Virus record (IMG/VR): IMGVR_UViG_2602042090_000006
Span: 1 to 64,000 of that record
DNA length: 64,000 bases
Reading direction: 5' to 3' (one strand)
Source of the DNA: a virus
Taxonomy: Duplodnaviria > Caudoviricetes
Shown here: positions 62,837-64,000 of the stretch, piece by piece
Position numbering within the stretch: position 1 is the first letter of the stretch
Layout: each line of letters begins with the position of its first letter
Translations under genes and position numbers: made by a program
The notes under the pieces: model-generated
The model's input: only the letters and a program-made list of their open reading frames with translations
Database searches by the model: none
Told to the model about the DNA's origin: nothing

Positions 62837-63766
62837 TCACATGACGGTCAGCAGGAACTCGTCATTGCCGGCGACCGGCGTTGCCATCAGCGGAAGGGTG
62901 TTGTTGATCCGCTTGCGCGTCTCGCCATACTTCGGCCGGCCGATCTGGACGGCCTGCATGCCGAACTTGACGATGTTGCCACCCTGCTTCCCATGCTGGG
63001 CTGCAAGGATGCCGAGATCGCCGGCTTCGGACTTGGCAAACCAATTGACGGACGAAAGTGCATCGGCACGCATGATCGCCGACCCGGTCATCATGCGATC
63101 GACATGCTCGATGGCTTCCTCGTTGATCAGGAAGTCCGGCTCGATCTGGTTGCCGATATCGAACGTGATGCCTTCGGTACCGCCGGCATAACCGTGCAGC
63201 GAGAAGGTCGTGTTCGCCTTGTTGACGGGAACCGCCTTCTTGAACGCCGCTGTCGTCAGGGTCGGCAGGGCGGCATCCGAGACCACACCCAAGAGGCCGG
63301 TCAGGACGAACCGGAAACGGGGAATGGCAAGCGGCGCCATGTTCAGCGTCCACGTCCCGCGTGCGCCAAGAAGGATGTGCTGAACGCCGTCGCCATTCCA
63401 GCGCACCGACACGCTTTCCTGCGCCTTGGAGATCGGATTGTACTGAACATCGGTCGCGGCCGTGATGACCTCGCGCATGGCGCAGGCCCGCATCAGCACG
63501 CCCCAAGCGGGCGCTGTGCCCGGTGTGCCGGACCCAGCCACTTCCACTTCGCCGGAGAGCGTGCCGTAGGTTCCAACCAGCGTAACGCCCTGATGTCCCA
63601 TATACGGAAGGACGAGGTCGCGGCTGACCTCCTGACCGGCAGACGGATCGAAGTCCACGTCGGTCATGACCATCGCGTTTGCCGCGCCGGTCGGAATGCT
63701 GTCCTCGCCGTAGATCGTCTCGGACTTGACGAGGATGGCGCGGTTTCGCCAGTAGCGCTTTGCCAT
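62837..63766 (-). CDS. Major tail tube protein (copy 2)
   Basis: Paralogue of 17842..18771. Confidence 0.85.
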   Translation of the reverse strand: MAKRYWRNRAILVKSETIYGEDSIPTGAANAMVMTDVDFDPSAGQEVSRDLVLPYMGHQGVTLVGTYGTLSGEVEVAGSGTPGTAPAWGVLMRACAMREVITAATDVQYNPISKAQESVSVRWNGDGVQHILLGARGTWTLNMAPLAIPRFRFVLTGLLGVVSDAALPTLTTAAFKKAVPVNKANTTFSLHGYAGGTEGITFDIGNQIEPDFLINEEAIEHVDRMMTGSAIMRADALSSVNWFAKSEAGDLGILAAQHGKQGGNIVKFGMQAVQIGRPKYGETRKRINNTLPLMATPVAGNDEFLLTVM

Positions 63767-63768
63767 GA

Positions 63769-63999
63769 TCAGGGGTTCCTTTTCCGCGTGGTGGGCACGG
63801 GTTCGTCAGATGTGACGGCCGATGTCTCTTCGGTCACCGGCGCATCGCTCGCGACGACGGCCGGCGCCGTCTGCCCAGGTGCAGCTGTCGCGGCGTCCGG
63901 CTCTGGCACGGCGGGTTTCGGCTCTTCCGTGCGGCTGACGAGCTGCAACGAGCCATCGGGTTGGCGGACGTAGCTGCCGCCGCCTTCATGATCGGTCAT
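63769..63999 (-). CDS. Small hypothetical protein (copy 2)
   Basis: Paralogue of 18774..19007. Confidence 0.7.
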   Translation of the reverse strand: MTDHEGGGSYVRQPDGSLQLVSRTEEPKPAVPEPDAATAAPGQTAPAVVASDAPVTEETSAVTSDEPVPTTRKRNP

Positions 64000-64000
64000 C

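Larger units (their letters stand above)
44623..64000 (-). mobile_element. Mu-like transposable prophage 2 (right end plus tail module; continues beyond the window)
   Basis: Gene-for-gene paralogue of 366..19007 at an offset of about 44.6-45.0 kb, with scattered synonymous differences. Putative terminus TGTAG starts at 44623. Confidence 0.92.

Noticed and set aside
45017-64000. Assembly duplication artefact
   Set aside because: The copies differ by many synonymous substitutions and whole cassettes while reading frames stay intact

Overview
The window is almost entirely two related but non-identical Mu-like (transposable) siphovirus prophages, probably from an alphaproteobacterial (Rhizobiaceae-like) host. 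They lie head-to-tail in the same orientation, with most genes on the minus strand. Prophage 1 (about 1..44618) is essentially complete: repressor and ner, transposase A and B, early accessory genes, gemA, Mor/C-type activator, lysis, head and non-contractile tail genes, a 2894-aa modular tail-tip/fibre gene, and a D12-class adenine methyltransferase in the Mu mom position. Its right end lies just before base 1. Prophage 2 (44623..>64000) contributes its right end, methyltransferase and tail module. Main observations: (i) the two predicted phage ends are separated by only 4 bp (CA-CCGG-TG); (ii) the giant fibre gene is built from linker-flanked modules that differ between the copies, with no invertase or reverse transcriptase present; (iii) the muralytic domain inside the tape measure protein is swapped; (iv) predicted small antisense RNAs sit directly behind the MuF-nuclease gene and across the MuB ribosome-binding site; (v) a structured leader replaces com upstream of the methyltransferase; (vi) a LexA-box-controlled three-gene operon lies at the left end. 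Family names come from motif and synteny recognition, not from database searches.
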